Origin: Candidatus Omnitrophota bacterium
Lineage (GTDB): Bacteria > Omnitrophota > Gorgyraeia > Zapsychrales > Zapsychraceae
Direction: 5' to 3'
Assembly: GCA_003522725.1 (NCBI GenBank)
Contig: DPIG01000078.1
Coordinates: 18,746 to 82,745, forward strand
DNA length: 64,000 nt
Shown here: piece by piece, positions 56,443 through 64,000 of the stretch
How the letters are laid out: the number at the start of each line of letters is the position of its first letter
Position numbering within the stretch: position 1 is the first letter of the stretch
Notes under the pieces: model-generated
What the model was told of the DNA's origin: nothing
The model's database searches: none
Seen by the model: the letters and a program-made list of their open reading frames with translations, nothing else
Made by a program: the position numbers and the translations under genes

Positions 56443-57285
56443 TTATCCTTTGGCGGTTCGTTTGATGATCTTGTCGATCGCCTGTAAATCGATCAGCAGT
56501 TTCTCAAGCGCCGACAACGGCAGCATGTTTGGCCCGTCGGAAAGGGCCTTCTTCGGGTTGGGATGTATCTCCATAAAAACCGCGTCGCACCCCGCCGCCA
56601 CGGCGCAGCGCGCCAGAAGCGGGATATACTCACTGTTGCCGCCGGAGGCCGTGCCCAGCCCTCCCGGCTGCTGCACGCTGTGCGTGGCGTCAAAGACGAC
56701 AGGGTAACCGGTTTCCCGCATGATGCTCAACGACCGGAAATCACTGACCAGCGTGTTGTACCCGAAGCTTGTCCCCCTCTCGGTCAACAGGATATCCCGG
56801 TTGCCCGTACTCTCCACTTTCTTGACGACCTGGGCCATGTCCCACGGCGCCAGGAATTGTCCCTTTTTAATGTTCACCGGTTTGCCGGTTTTCCCGGCTT
56901 CCAGCAGAAGGTCCGTCTGCCGGCACAAAAAAGCGGGGATCTGCAAAACGTCAAGGACTCCGGCGGCCTGTTCGATCTCCTGGGGGTTGTGCACGTCGCT
57001 TAAAACGGGGATCTTGAATTCCCGCCGGACTTCGGCCAGAATGTCCAGCCCTTCGGCCCAGCCGGGGCCGCGGAACGATTTGACCGACGTGCGGTTGGCC
57101 TTGTCGTAACTGGCCTTGAAAATAAGCGGCGCCTTGACCTTGGCCGTGATCTCTTTTAACGCCCGGGCGATGCGCAGCGTCATTTTCCGACTTTCGATGA
57201 CGCACGGCCCGGCAATCAAGACGAACGGTCTTCCGCCGCCTATTGCCACAGATCCGACACGTACGGTTTTATTTTTTTTTATCAT
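56443..57285 (-). CDS. kdsA: 3-deoxy-8-phosphooctulonate synthase
   Basis: DAHS-like TIM barrel. 280 aa. Between kdsD and kdsB. Confidence 0.88.
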   Translation of the reverse strand: MIKKNKTVRVGSVAIGGGRPFVLIAGPCVIESRKMTLRIARALKEITAKVKAPLIFKASYDKANRTSVKSFRGPGWAEGLDILAEVRREFKIPVLSDVHNPQEIEQAAGVLDVLQIPAFLCRQTDLLLEAGKTGKPVNIKKGQFLAPWDMAQVVKKVESTGNRDILLTERGTSFGYNTLVSDFRSLSIMRETGYPVVFDATHSVQQPGGLGTASGGNSEYIPLLARCAVAAGCDAVFMEIHPNPKKALSDGPNMLPLSALEKLLIDLQAIDKIIKRTAKG

Positions 57286-57295
57286 GGTCTTTAGT

Positions 57296-58024
57296 CTACC
57301 GAAGTATTTTTGTCACGCGGGCCAAGTCTTCCGGAGTATCCACGCCGATTGTTTCAATATCCGTCAGGACCGTTTTAATTTTGACACCCGCCTCCAGCGC
57401 CCTTAATTGTTCCAATTGTTCCGCCTGCTCCAGCCGCGACTTCGGCATGTCTTTGAATTTTAGCAAAAAATTCCTTCGGTACGCGTAAATGCCCAGATGT
57501 TTGTAATATTTGATCTTGCCGATCCCTACCTTGTCCCGGTCGTAAGGAATGACCGACCGCGAAAAATACAAGGCGTTGCCGGCGGCGTCGATGACCGCCT
57601 TGACGACGTTGAGATTTTCCAGTTCTTCTTTCGTCCGGACAAGCTTGATCGCCGTCGCCATCACAGAACCGGGGTCTCTAGTCAAGACCGTCACCAGATC
57701 ATCGATGATGCTGTGCTCGACAAGCGGTTCATCCCCCTGGATATTGACAATGATTTCAGCCGTAACATTGGCCGCGGCTTCCGCGGTCCTGTCCGTGCCG
57801 CAGGCGTGATCTTTCGCCGTCAAAATGGCTTTGGCCCCGAATTTTTCAGCCGCCTTGACGACGCGCTGATCGTCGCAGGCGATGATAACCTCCTTAAGCA
57901 ACCGGCTCTGCCGGGCGCGCCGCCAGACATGCTCGATCATCGGCTTGCCGTTGATCCGCGCCAAAACCTTGCCTTCAAACCGCGTTGAGCCCCAGCGGGC
58001 CGGGATAACGCCGATCGCCTGCAT
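57296..58024 (-). CDS. kdsB: 3-deoxy-manno-octulosonate cytidylyltransferase (CMP-Kdo synthetase)
   Basis: [22 protein letters not shown]-terminus. 242 aa. Confidence 0.9.
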   Translation of the reverse strand: MQAIGVIPARWGSTRFEGKVLARINGKPMIEHVWRRARQSRLLKEVIIACDDQRVVKAAEKFGAKAILTAKDHACGTDRTAEAAANVTAEIIVNIQGDEPLVEHSIIDDLVTVLTRDPGSVMATAIKLVRTKEELENLNVVKAVIDAAGNALYFSRSVIPYDRDKVGIGKIKYYKHLGIYAYRRNFLLKFKDMPKSRLEQAEQLEQLRALEAGVKIKTVLTDIETIGVDTPEDLARVTKILR

Positions 58025-58026
58025 GA

Positions 58027-59052
58027 TCAGTGGCTCCTGACTGCCTCTAAAAGTTCCTCTTTTGTCACCGCGACGGAGCCCAGCTTGCCCACCACGATCC
58101 CCGCGGCCAGATTAGCCAGGTCCGCGGCCTCTTTTTTCTGCGCGCCGGCGCTCAACCCTAACGTAAACGCGGCGATGACCGTATCTCCGGCGCCGGAAAC
58201 ATCATAAACTTCTTTCGCCTTCGTTTTAATGACCACCGGGGCTTTTTGTCTCTCGAATAACCGCATCCCGTGCTCGCCTAACGTGATCAGGAGGCAATCC
58301 AGGTTTAAATAACGCGCCAGTTCTTTCCCCGCCGAATCAATATGCACGTTGTCACACAAACGGTCAAAATGGATCGCCAGTTTTTCCGGCATGGTCGAGG
58401 TAATCTTGATGTTGCGGATGGCGTTTTCGGTTTCTTTGAGATTCGGCGTGATCGCCGTGACATTGCGGTAATAACTGAAATGTTCGACCTTGGGGTCGAT
58501 GGTGATGATCTTTTTTTTCGTCAAAGCCAGGTCGCGCACGAAATTCACCAGTTGCGGCGTGATCAACCCCTTGCCGTAATCGGAAAGGATGACCGCGTCG
58601 CAAGATTCCAGCGTCTGCCGGACAAAGTTCATGATCTTTTCAAAGACGGGTTTGTTGGGGGTATCTTCCATTTTCTCGCGGTCGATCCGCACCACCTGTT
58701 GATGTTGCGCGATAACCCTGGTCTTGCAGATGGTCGGCAGCGTCTTGTCGATAACGATCCCCCGGGTATCAATCCCCTTGGAGCGAAGTTCCCGCAAGAG
58801 GATTTTACCTTCCGGGTCATTACCAACCCGTCCGACCAGCACAGCCCGGGCGGCCAAGCCGCATAAATTATGCGCCACATTCGCGGCCCCGCCGGGGGTA
58901 TAGAAGGACTTCTCCTGCACGACAACCGGGACCGGCGCTTCAGGGGATAACCGGGAGACATGGCCCTGGATATACTGGTCCAGGATGATGTCCCCGATCA
59001 CCATGATCTTCTTGCGGTGGAATTTCGAAATGATGGATTGAAGCTGTGTCAT
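58027..59052 (-). CDS. D-glycero-beta-D-manno-heptose-7-phosphate kinase (RfaE/HldE domain I only; pfkB family)
   Basis: IMVIGDIILDQY...PGGAANVA, C-terminal GAGDT anion hole. About 341 aa. No fused adenylyltransferase domain. Confidence 0.75.
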   Translation of the reverse strand: MTQLQSIISKFHRKKIMVIGDIILDQYIQGHVSRLSPEAPVPVVVQEKSFYTPGGAANVAHNLCGLAARAVLVGRVGNDPEGKILLRELRSKGIDTRGIVIDKTLPTICKTRVIAQHQQVVRIDREKMEDTPNKPVFEKIMNFVRQTLESCDAVILSDYGKGLITPQLVNFVRDLALTKKKIITIDPKVEHFSYYRNVTAITPNLKETENAIRNIKITSTMPEKLAIHFDRLCDNVHIDSAGKELARYLNLDCLLITLGEHGMRLFERQKAPVVIKTKAKEVYDVSGAGDTVIAAFTLGLSAGAQKKEAADLANLAAGIVVGKLGSVAVTKEELLEAVRSH

Positions 59053-59098
59053 AATGAGGACGCCTTTTATCCCGCGCACAAAAAAGAAACGAAGAATT

Positions 59099-60154
59099 CT
59101 AACACAGTTTAAACAGGGCGTCAACAGCTTCCAAAACAGCCTGCGTTGGAACAGGTTCCGAATTTTCAGACCCGTCTTGAGAACGGGATCCCGAAGGCGG
59201 GACGCTCACAACTTTGCTTTTTTTCCCAAGCGGTTGCCAGCGTTGCGGATTGATTCCAGGGTGGTTGCGGGTAAAGATGGAAACGCAAGGTGTTTTAACG
59301 CCCGCGGCGATATGGACCGGGCCGGAATCATTGGAAACCAGCAGGTTACATCGCTTCAACAGTCCCGCCAACTGCCCCACGGTCGTCTTCCCGGCCAGAT
59401 CCAGGACAGGTATTTTTACGAGTGCGATAATCTGCTTGGCAACGACACTTGTTTGCGCCGTACCGACAAGGATGATCCTCGCCTGGTAACGTTTGACCAG
59501 CTGTTCAATAAGTTCGGCGAACTGCTCCATGGGCCACCGCTTGGCCGGGTCGCTGGCCCCCGGATGAACCGCGATCAAGCGCTCCTCGGCGCGGATATGA
59601 TACTCCCGGCAAAACTGTTCGAGCCAGCCCCAGGCATCCGCGGAAATGGGAACATAGATATCTTCGGCCAGGTCCACCGTCGACTTATCAAGTGTTTTAT
59701 TCCCTGAAATACCCAGATGCCGCAGCACATCCAGACAATATTGCGCCTCATGTTTCCGCCCCCAATGGCGTTGATCGGGGATTGGATCGGTCAGCAAAAA
59801 GCCGAATTTTTCGTCCCTGTACCCGGCCCGCCGCGGGATTCCCGCCGCCCGGCAAAGACAATTGGTGCGCTTCTTTGTGTGATATACAATCGCGAGGTCG
59901 TATTTCTTTCGCCGCAACGACAAAGCGAGCCGCCAGAAACCTGTAATCCCCCGGTGGACGCCGCGGCGGTCGTCGACGATGATCTCATCGAGATCGGGAT
60001 TTCCCGCGACAAGCTCTTTCGTGAGCGGCGCGATCAGGACCGAAATACGCGCTGAAGGGTACGTCTGACGCAGGACCTTGATGGAGGGCGTCGTTAGAAT
60101 CACGTCGCCAATCCGGTCGGTGCGCACGATAAGAATATTGCGAAAATCGGTCAT
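59099..60154 (-). CDS. GT9 ADP-heptose:LPS heptosyltransferase (RfaF/WaaC-like)
   Basis: ILIVRTDRIGDVILTTP N-terminal GT9 signature. 351 aa. Confidence 0.8.
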   Translation of the reverse strand: MTDFRNILIVRTDRIGDVILTTPSIKVLRQTYPSARISVLIAPLTKELVAGNPDLDEIIVDDRRGVHRGITGFWRLALSLRRKKYDLAIVYHTKKRTNCLCRAAGIPRRAGYRDEKFGFLLTDPIPDQRHWGRKHEAQYCLDVLRHLGISGNKTLDKSTVDLAEDIYVPISADAWGWLEQFCREYHIRAEERLIAVHPGASDPAKRWPMEQFAELIEQLVKRYQARIILVGTAQTSVVAKQIIALVKIPVLDLAGKTTVGQLAGLLKRCNLLVSNDSGPVHIAAGVKTPCVSIFTRNHPGINPQRWQPLGKKSKVVSVPPSGSRSQDGSENSEPVPTQAVLEAVDALFKLC

Positions 60155-61152
60155 GGGATGTTAAACACGACATGCCCCTGGAGTACCTGAAACGCGTTGA
60201 GAACTTCCTGGGCCGTGATCGCGGCCATGCAATGATGCCGGGCGGAATTTTTAGGATTTTGACACGCCGGACAATCCTTGTTCTTTTGTAAATAATGCCC
60301 TTGCATGCCCCAGGGGCCGTATTTATGGACATCGCTGGGGCCGAATAACGCGAGGACCGGCACATCGAGATAACTGGCTAAATGCATCGGCGCGCTGTCG
60401 TTGACCAGGGCTAAAACCGCCTTTTCAACGACCGCAGCCAACTGGACAAGGGTTGTCCGGCCGCATAAATTCAGCGCATCCGTCCTCAGGACTTTCACCA
60501 TACCTTCGGCATCCTGATGGTCGGCGGCATCACCGGCAAGGACAACTTTTAACTGGTAACGCTTTATCATCTGGTGACAAACTTCGATAAACCCCGGGGA
60601 TGTCCAGCGCTTGGCTTCATTCGCCGCGCCAGGTGCCGCGACGATATACGCATAATCCGCTCCCCACGCCGCGCGTAACAGGCCGCGGACGCGCGCTTCA
60701 TCCTCCGCGGGGACGGCGAGCGCGTAACGTTTCCACGATTCGACGTCATACGGATAAACACAGCGCAAGCGCTGAAGATGCTTATATTTCATGTGCACGC
60801 CGCCGTTTTTATCCGCCTTTACCGTTGACGGCGTACGATAGCGGGGAAAGATCAGAAATGGGATAGCGGTGTTGCGCAAATCGACCACCAGATCAAAATG
60901 TTCCGCGGCCAGACCCGCGACCCAGGGGATTGTTTTCCCCAAAGACTGGCTCTTGTCAAAAACATGGACACAAGAGATGAGCGGGTTCCCCTTAAATAAC
61001 GTCCGGGCCTTGGGCCCGACCACCACGGAAAATTTCGCCCGCGGGAAATCCTTAAGCAGAATATCCATCACCGGCAGTGTCAAAATAACATCGCCGATGT
61101 TGCTTAGAGAGATGACCAGGATCTTATTGATTTTGGATCTGTCGAATCGCAT
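60151..61152 (-). CDS. GT9 heptosyltransferase family protein
   Basis: Start at ATG 61150-61152 (MRFDRSKINKILVISLSNIGDVILTLP). The ORF-track extension overlaps the upstream GT9 gene. Confidence 0.75.
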   Translation of the reverse strand: MRFDRSKINKILVISLSNIGDVILTLPVMDILLKDFPRAKFSVVVGPKARTLFKGNPLISCVHVFDKSQSLGKTIPWVAGLAAEHFDLVVDLRNTAIPFLIFPRYRTPSTVKADKNGGVHMKYKHLQRLRCVYPYDVESWKRYALAVPAEDEARVRGLLRAAWGADYAYIVAAPGAANEAKRWTSPGFIEVCHQMIKRYQLKVVLAGDAADHQDAEGMVKVLRTDALNLCGRTTLVQLAAVVEKAVLALVNDSAPMHLASYLDVPVLALFGPSDVHKYGPWGMQGHYLQKNKDCPACQNPKNSARHHCMAAITAQEVLNAFQVLQGHVVFNIP

Positions 61153-62143
61153 GGATGACTTTGTCCACACTAACCGCCTGCATACAGGTATTATCGGGAC
61201 ATTCCAGGTAGTAACATGGTCCGCGGTTGCACCCCACATCGTGCTGCAAAATGACCGAACGGCCGCCCCCGCGCGGCCCTGTGATCTCGGGACGCGTCGG
61301 ACCGAAAATTCCAACGACACGGCTTCCCACGCTGCTGGCGATGTGCAGCGGCCCCGAATCCGCCGACACAACACAATCGGCGCGTTTCATAAGCGCCGGC
61401 AGTTTTTTTAAGCCGATCTTTCCAGCCAGCACAACGGGCTTGCGGGTTAACTGCGAAATAATTGTCTCGGCCAGCGGGATGTCCTGACTGGAACCGGAAA
61501 TGACGACTTTGCGCTGGCCCTCCGTCATCAATTGCTCAATAAGCAACGTGAAATGCCGCGCCGGCCAGCGCTTCAGGTCCCAGTTCCCTCCGGGATGGAT
61601 GACGACCAGGGAATCTTTTTCGCCGACGCCATAACTGCGCAGTGTATCGCGCATTTCCCTTTCTGCTGGAGCATCGACCATCAATGAGCTGGCGCGCCCG
61701 GCAACGGTCACTCCGAAAGACTCCACGACATTAAGATAATAATCGCAGCGATGGACCTTCCGCTCATCCGGGGACTTGATCCTGCAGGTCAAAAACGTCC
61801 CGCGGCCCTTGGTGTCATACCCTATCCGCCGCGGGATCCCCGCGAGAAAGACAAATAACGCGCGGGTCAACGAGCGGTGCAATAAAAAGGCGGCATCAAA
61901 TTTCTTTTGCGAGAGCTCGTGGATCAACCGCAATTTGGCGAAAGGACTCCGGTGGGACCCCTCTTCGTCATACACGATGATCTCATCGATCCCGGGGACC
62001 GATTCCAGCACATCCCGGACCCGCGGCACAGCCAGACAACTGATCTTCGACTCCGGATACGCCGTCTTGAGCGCCTTAAAAATCGGCGAAGAAAAAACGA
62101 CATCGCCCAGCCAGTTCACGTTCACGACGAGGATTCTTTTCAT
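61124..62143 (-). CDS. GT9 heptosyltransferase family protein
   Basis: MKRILVVNVNWLGDVVFSSP. 339 aa. Confidence 0.8.
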   Translation of the reverse strand: MKRILVVNVNWLGDVVFSSPIFKALKTAYPESKISCLAVPRVRDVLESVPGIDEIIVYDEEGSHRSPFAKLRLIHELSQKKFDAAFLLHRSLTRALFVFLAGIPRRIGYDTKGRGTFLTCRIKSPDERKVHRCDYYLNVVESFGVTVAGRASSLMVDAPAEREMRDTLRSYGVGEKDSLVVIHPGGNWDLKRWPARHFTLLIEQLMTEGQRKVVISGSSQDIPLAETIISQLTRKPVVLAGKIGLKKLPALMKRADCVVSADSGPLHIASSVGSRVVGIFGPTRPEITGPRGGGRSVILQHDVGCNRGPCYYLECPDNTCMQAVSVDKVIHAIRQIQNQ

Positions 62144-63246
62144 GACCGCGTTTCGCGATTTATGCTTTTATAAAAAGTGAGCGTCTTCTCCACCATCGTG
62201 TCGGCGGAGCAATTCCCGCGGACAAATTCCCTGCCGGCCCTCGCGATCCGCGCCAGACAGTTTTTATCGTGTAACGCCGCTATGATCGTTTGCGCCAGCG
62301 CTCCCGGATTCTCCGGCTGGACAAGGAACCCTGTTTTGCCGTCTTCGATCAAGCCGGGGATCCCGCCGACCCTTGACGCGACAACCGGCACGCCGGCGGC
62401 CTGGGCCTCCATAATCGAAAGCCCCAATCCCTCTTCCCGCGAAGGTAAAATAAAGATGTCGAACATCGGCAAGATCCCGGCCGGTTTATGGGCGACAGGA
62501 TAAAAAAGGATGTTTTGCTCAAGACCGGAAATTCTCACCAAACTCTTGAGCCTGGATTCCATCTTCCCTTCGCCGGCAATGACCAATTTCACGTCAGGCA
62601 TTCGCGCGTGAACGGTCCGCATGGCTTCGATGAGGATATCATGGCCTTTCACATCCGCCAAACGGGCGATGATGCCGACAACGGGGCCGCTCCCCAGGTT
62701 GTACTTGCGGCGCATCTGCCGCTTGAGGTCCTCGGCGGCCGGCGCGTACACGCGAAGGTCAATACCGCTGGGGACAAGCGCGATGCGATCATCCGGCACA
62801 TTAAAGTCGTCGCGTAAATGCTTTTGGACGGCCGCGCTGATGGCGATGACCGCGTTACCCCAGCACGGGAAAATCCTCCGGGATAAACGTATTTTATAGA
62901 AACCATGACATGTGCTGACATGAGGACGTCCGGTCATCCGCGACAAACATGCGCCCATCACATGGGTTATCCGGGTTTGGGTATGGATGATATCGATCGC
63001 GTGTTGTTGAACGTAACGTTTTAACGACGGCAAGACAACGTAAATCCGTGGATCAAGTTCTGATTTCGTGCGGATATTCAGGTTTAAAAGCCGGACATCC
63101 AATGCGGAAAAATCGGCGGCCAGGTCTCCCCCGCCTGAAGCGATGTGCACGCCCACGCCGCGTTCAATCATCCCTTTGCTAAGAGTCAGGAGATAACTGG
63201 TAATTCCACCCGTATTAAGATGCGTCGTCAGGAAAAGGACATTCAT
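62140..63246 (-). CDS. GT4 glycosyltransferase (RfaG/WaaG-like)
   Basis: GT-B fold with the C-terminal EGLGLSIMEAQAAGVPVVAS motif. 368 aa. Confidence 0.8.
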   Translation of the reverse strand: MNVLFLTTHLNTGGITSYLLTLSKGMIERGVGVHIASGGGDLAADFSALDVRLLNLNIRTKSELDPRIYVVLPSLKRYVQQHAIDIIHTQTRITHVMGACLSRMTGRPHVSTCHGFYKIRLSRRIFPCWGNAVIAISAAVQKHLRDDFNVPDDRIALVPSGIDLRVYAPAAEDLKRQMRRKYNLGSGPVVGIIARLADVKGHDILIEAMRTVHARMPDVKLVIAGEGKMESRLKSLVRISGLEQNILFYPVAHKPAGILPMFDIFILPSREEGLGLSIMEAQAAGVPVVASRVGGIPGLIEDGKTGFLVQPENPGALAQTIIAALHDKNCLARIARAGREFVRGNCSADTMVEKTLTFYKSINRETRS

Positions 63247-64000
63247 TGTTTTGCATCCATCAACAACTCAATTTTGCCGGCGACTTCCTCGGGACTTATG
63301 TCGCGCATGCACGCGTGCGTCATGATCAGACAGCGCGGACTGTAACAGGGCGCGCAGGCGGGTTTCTTTTCCAGGATAATCATGTTCCTGGCCGGCGGCT
63401 GGTGCCTCCGGGAATCCGTTGGGCCAAAGAAAGCGACCAGCGGCGTGCGCGTGGCCGCGGCAATATGCAACGGCGCCGAGTCCGGCGTGACGTAGACCTT
63501 GCAACGCTCAATGAGCGCGGCCAGCTGCGAAACATCGGTGCGTCCCGCGAAAACAGCGGGTTTGGACTTTGTCCGCGCCAGAAGCTGCTCAACAAGCGGT
63601 TTGTCTTTCTCCATCCCGGTGATCAATACGCGGATACTTTTACCGGCGAGCAGGTCGCATAAACGCGCGATGTGTTCAACGGGCCAGTTTTTTGTCTGCC
63701 ATTTTTGCGAGGCGGCGATGTTGATGCCGACGATCCGGGTGACGTTCCCCAGCCATTCCGCGTCAAGCAGCTCCTGGACGTATTTTCTGTCCTTGTCCGA
63801 GGGCCAAAGCTCCAGAGATAACTCCCGAGGAGGAGTTATCCCCATGGCCTGCAGCAGCTGGAATTGATGGTCGACCGCCGGGATATCGTTGCGGTATCCC
63901 CTTAACGGGTTCGTCAAAAGTTTGCTCCATTTCCCGTTATCGTAACCGTAACTTTCCCGCGGAAAACTCAAAAACGCCAGCAGATGGCTTTTACGGCTGT
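63243..64000 (-). CDS. GT9 heptosyltransferase family protein, C-terminal part; the gene continues beyond the window end
   Basis: C-terminal GT9 region (VTPDSAPLHIAAATRTPLVAFFGPTD). The reading frame stays open upstream of the TTG at 63969-63971 through to position 64000. Confidence 0.7.
   Translation of the reverse strand, partial: SRKSHLLAFLSFPRESYGYDNGKWSKLLTNPLRGYRNDIPAVDHQFQLLQAMGITPPRELSLELWPSDKDRKYVQELLDAEWLGNVTRIVGINIAASQKWQTKNWPVEHIARLCDLLAGKSIRVLITGMEKDKPLVEQLLARTKSKPAVFAGRTDVSQLAALIERCKVYVTPDSAPLHIAAATRTPLVAFFGPTDSRRHQPPARNMIILEKKPACAPCYSPRCLIMTHACMRDISPEEVAGKIELLMDAKQ

Overview
This 64 kb window looks chromosomal and comes from a Gram-negative bacterium. Evidence for that is the Kdo, LPS-transport (LptA/LptB) and heptosyltransferase genes. 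By eye GC content is moderately high (roughly mid-to-upper 50s %). Every protein-coding gene I can support lies on the minus strand, about 75 co-directional genes.

Most of the window is conserved housekeeping operons. The block prfA-prmC-murA sits next to rpmE-rho. The block rimP-nusA-infB sits next to trpS-scpA-ruvB. The block uppS-cdsA-dxr-rseP continues into proS, with a CpaF-type ATPase in between. The Kdo block kdsB-kdsA-kdsD-kdsC-lptA-lptB sits next to tig-clpP. Lone genes include serA, a class V aminotransferase, purA, queA, tgt, trmD, rplS, rnhB and folD.

Two accessory segments stand out.
- A low-GC island of about 2.4 kb (12.6-15.0 kb) carries a HEPN Abi_C abortive-infection-like protein and several toxin-antitoxin modules. 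One is a RelE/Phd cassette that appears to have inserted into, and truncated, a HepT/MNT pair. Three arrays of a short TTATTCCGG-like repeat bracket and subdivide the island.
- An envelope-glycosylation block (15.0-26.7 kb) carries a GT-C-like membrane transferase, a DPM1-like GT2, two paralogous sugar nucleotidyltransferases, a HAD phosphatase, a GDPD esterase, membrane proteins, and a 1289-aa secreted GH5 protein with five near-identical 273-bp tandem repeats. A 15-mer inverted-repeat motif is shared between 15.03 kb and 22.8 kb.

The 3' end of the window is an LPS-core cluster with four GT9 heptosyltransferases, one GT4 and a stand-alone heptose-7-P kinase.

Non-coding features noted: a palindrome-dense 570-bp region upstream of polA, a REP-like palindromic element present in two copies, and several hairpins.

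I found no rRNA, tRNA, CRISPR array, transposase or integrase. All calls come from reading the translations and the sequence by eye. No database search was run.
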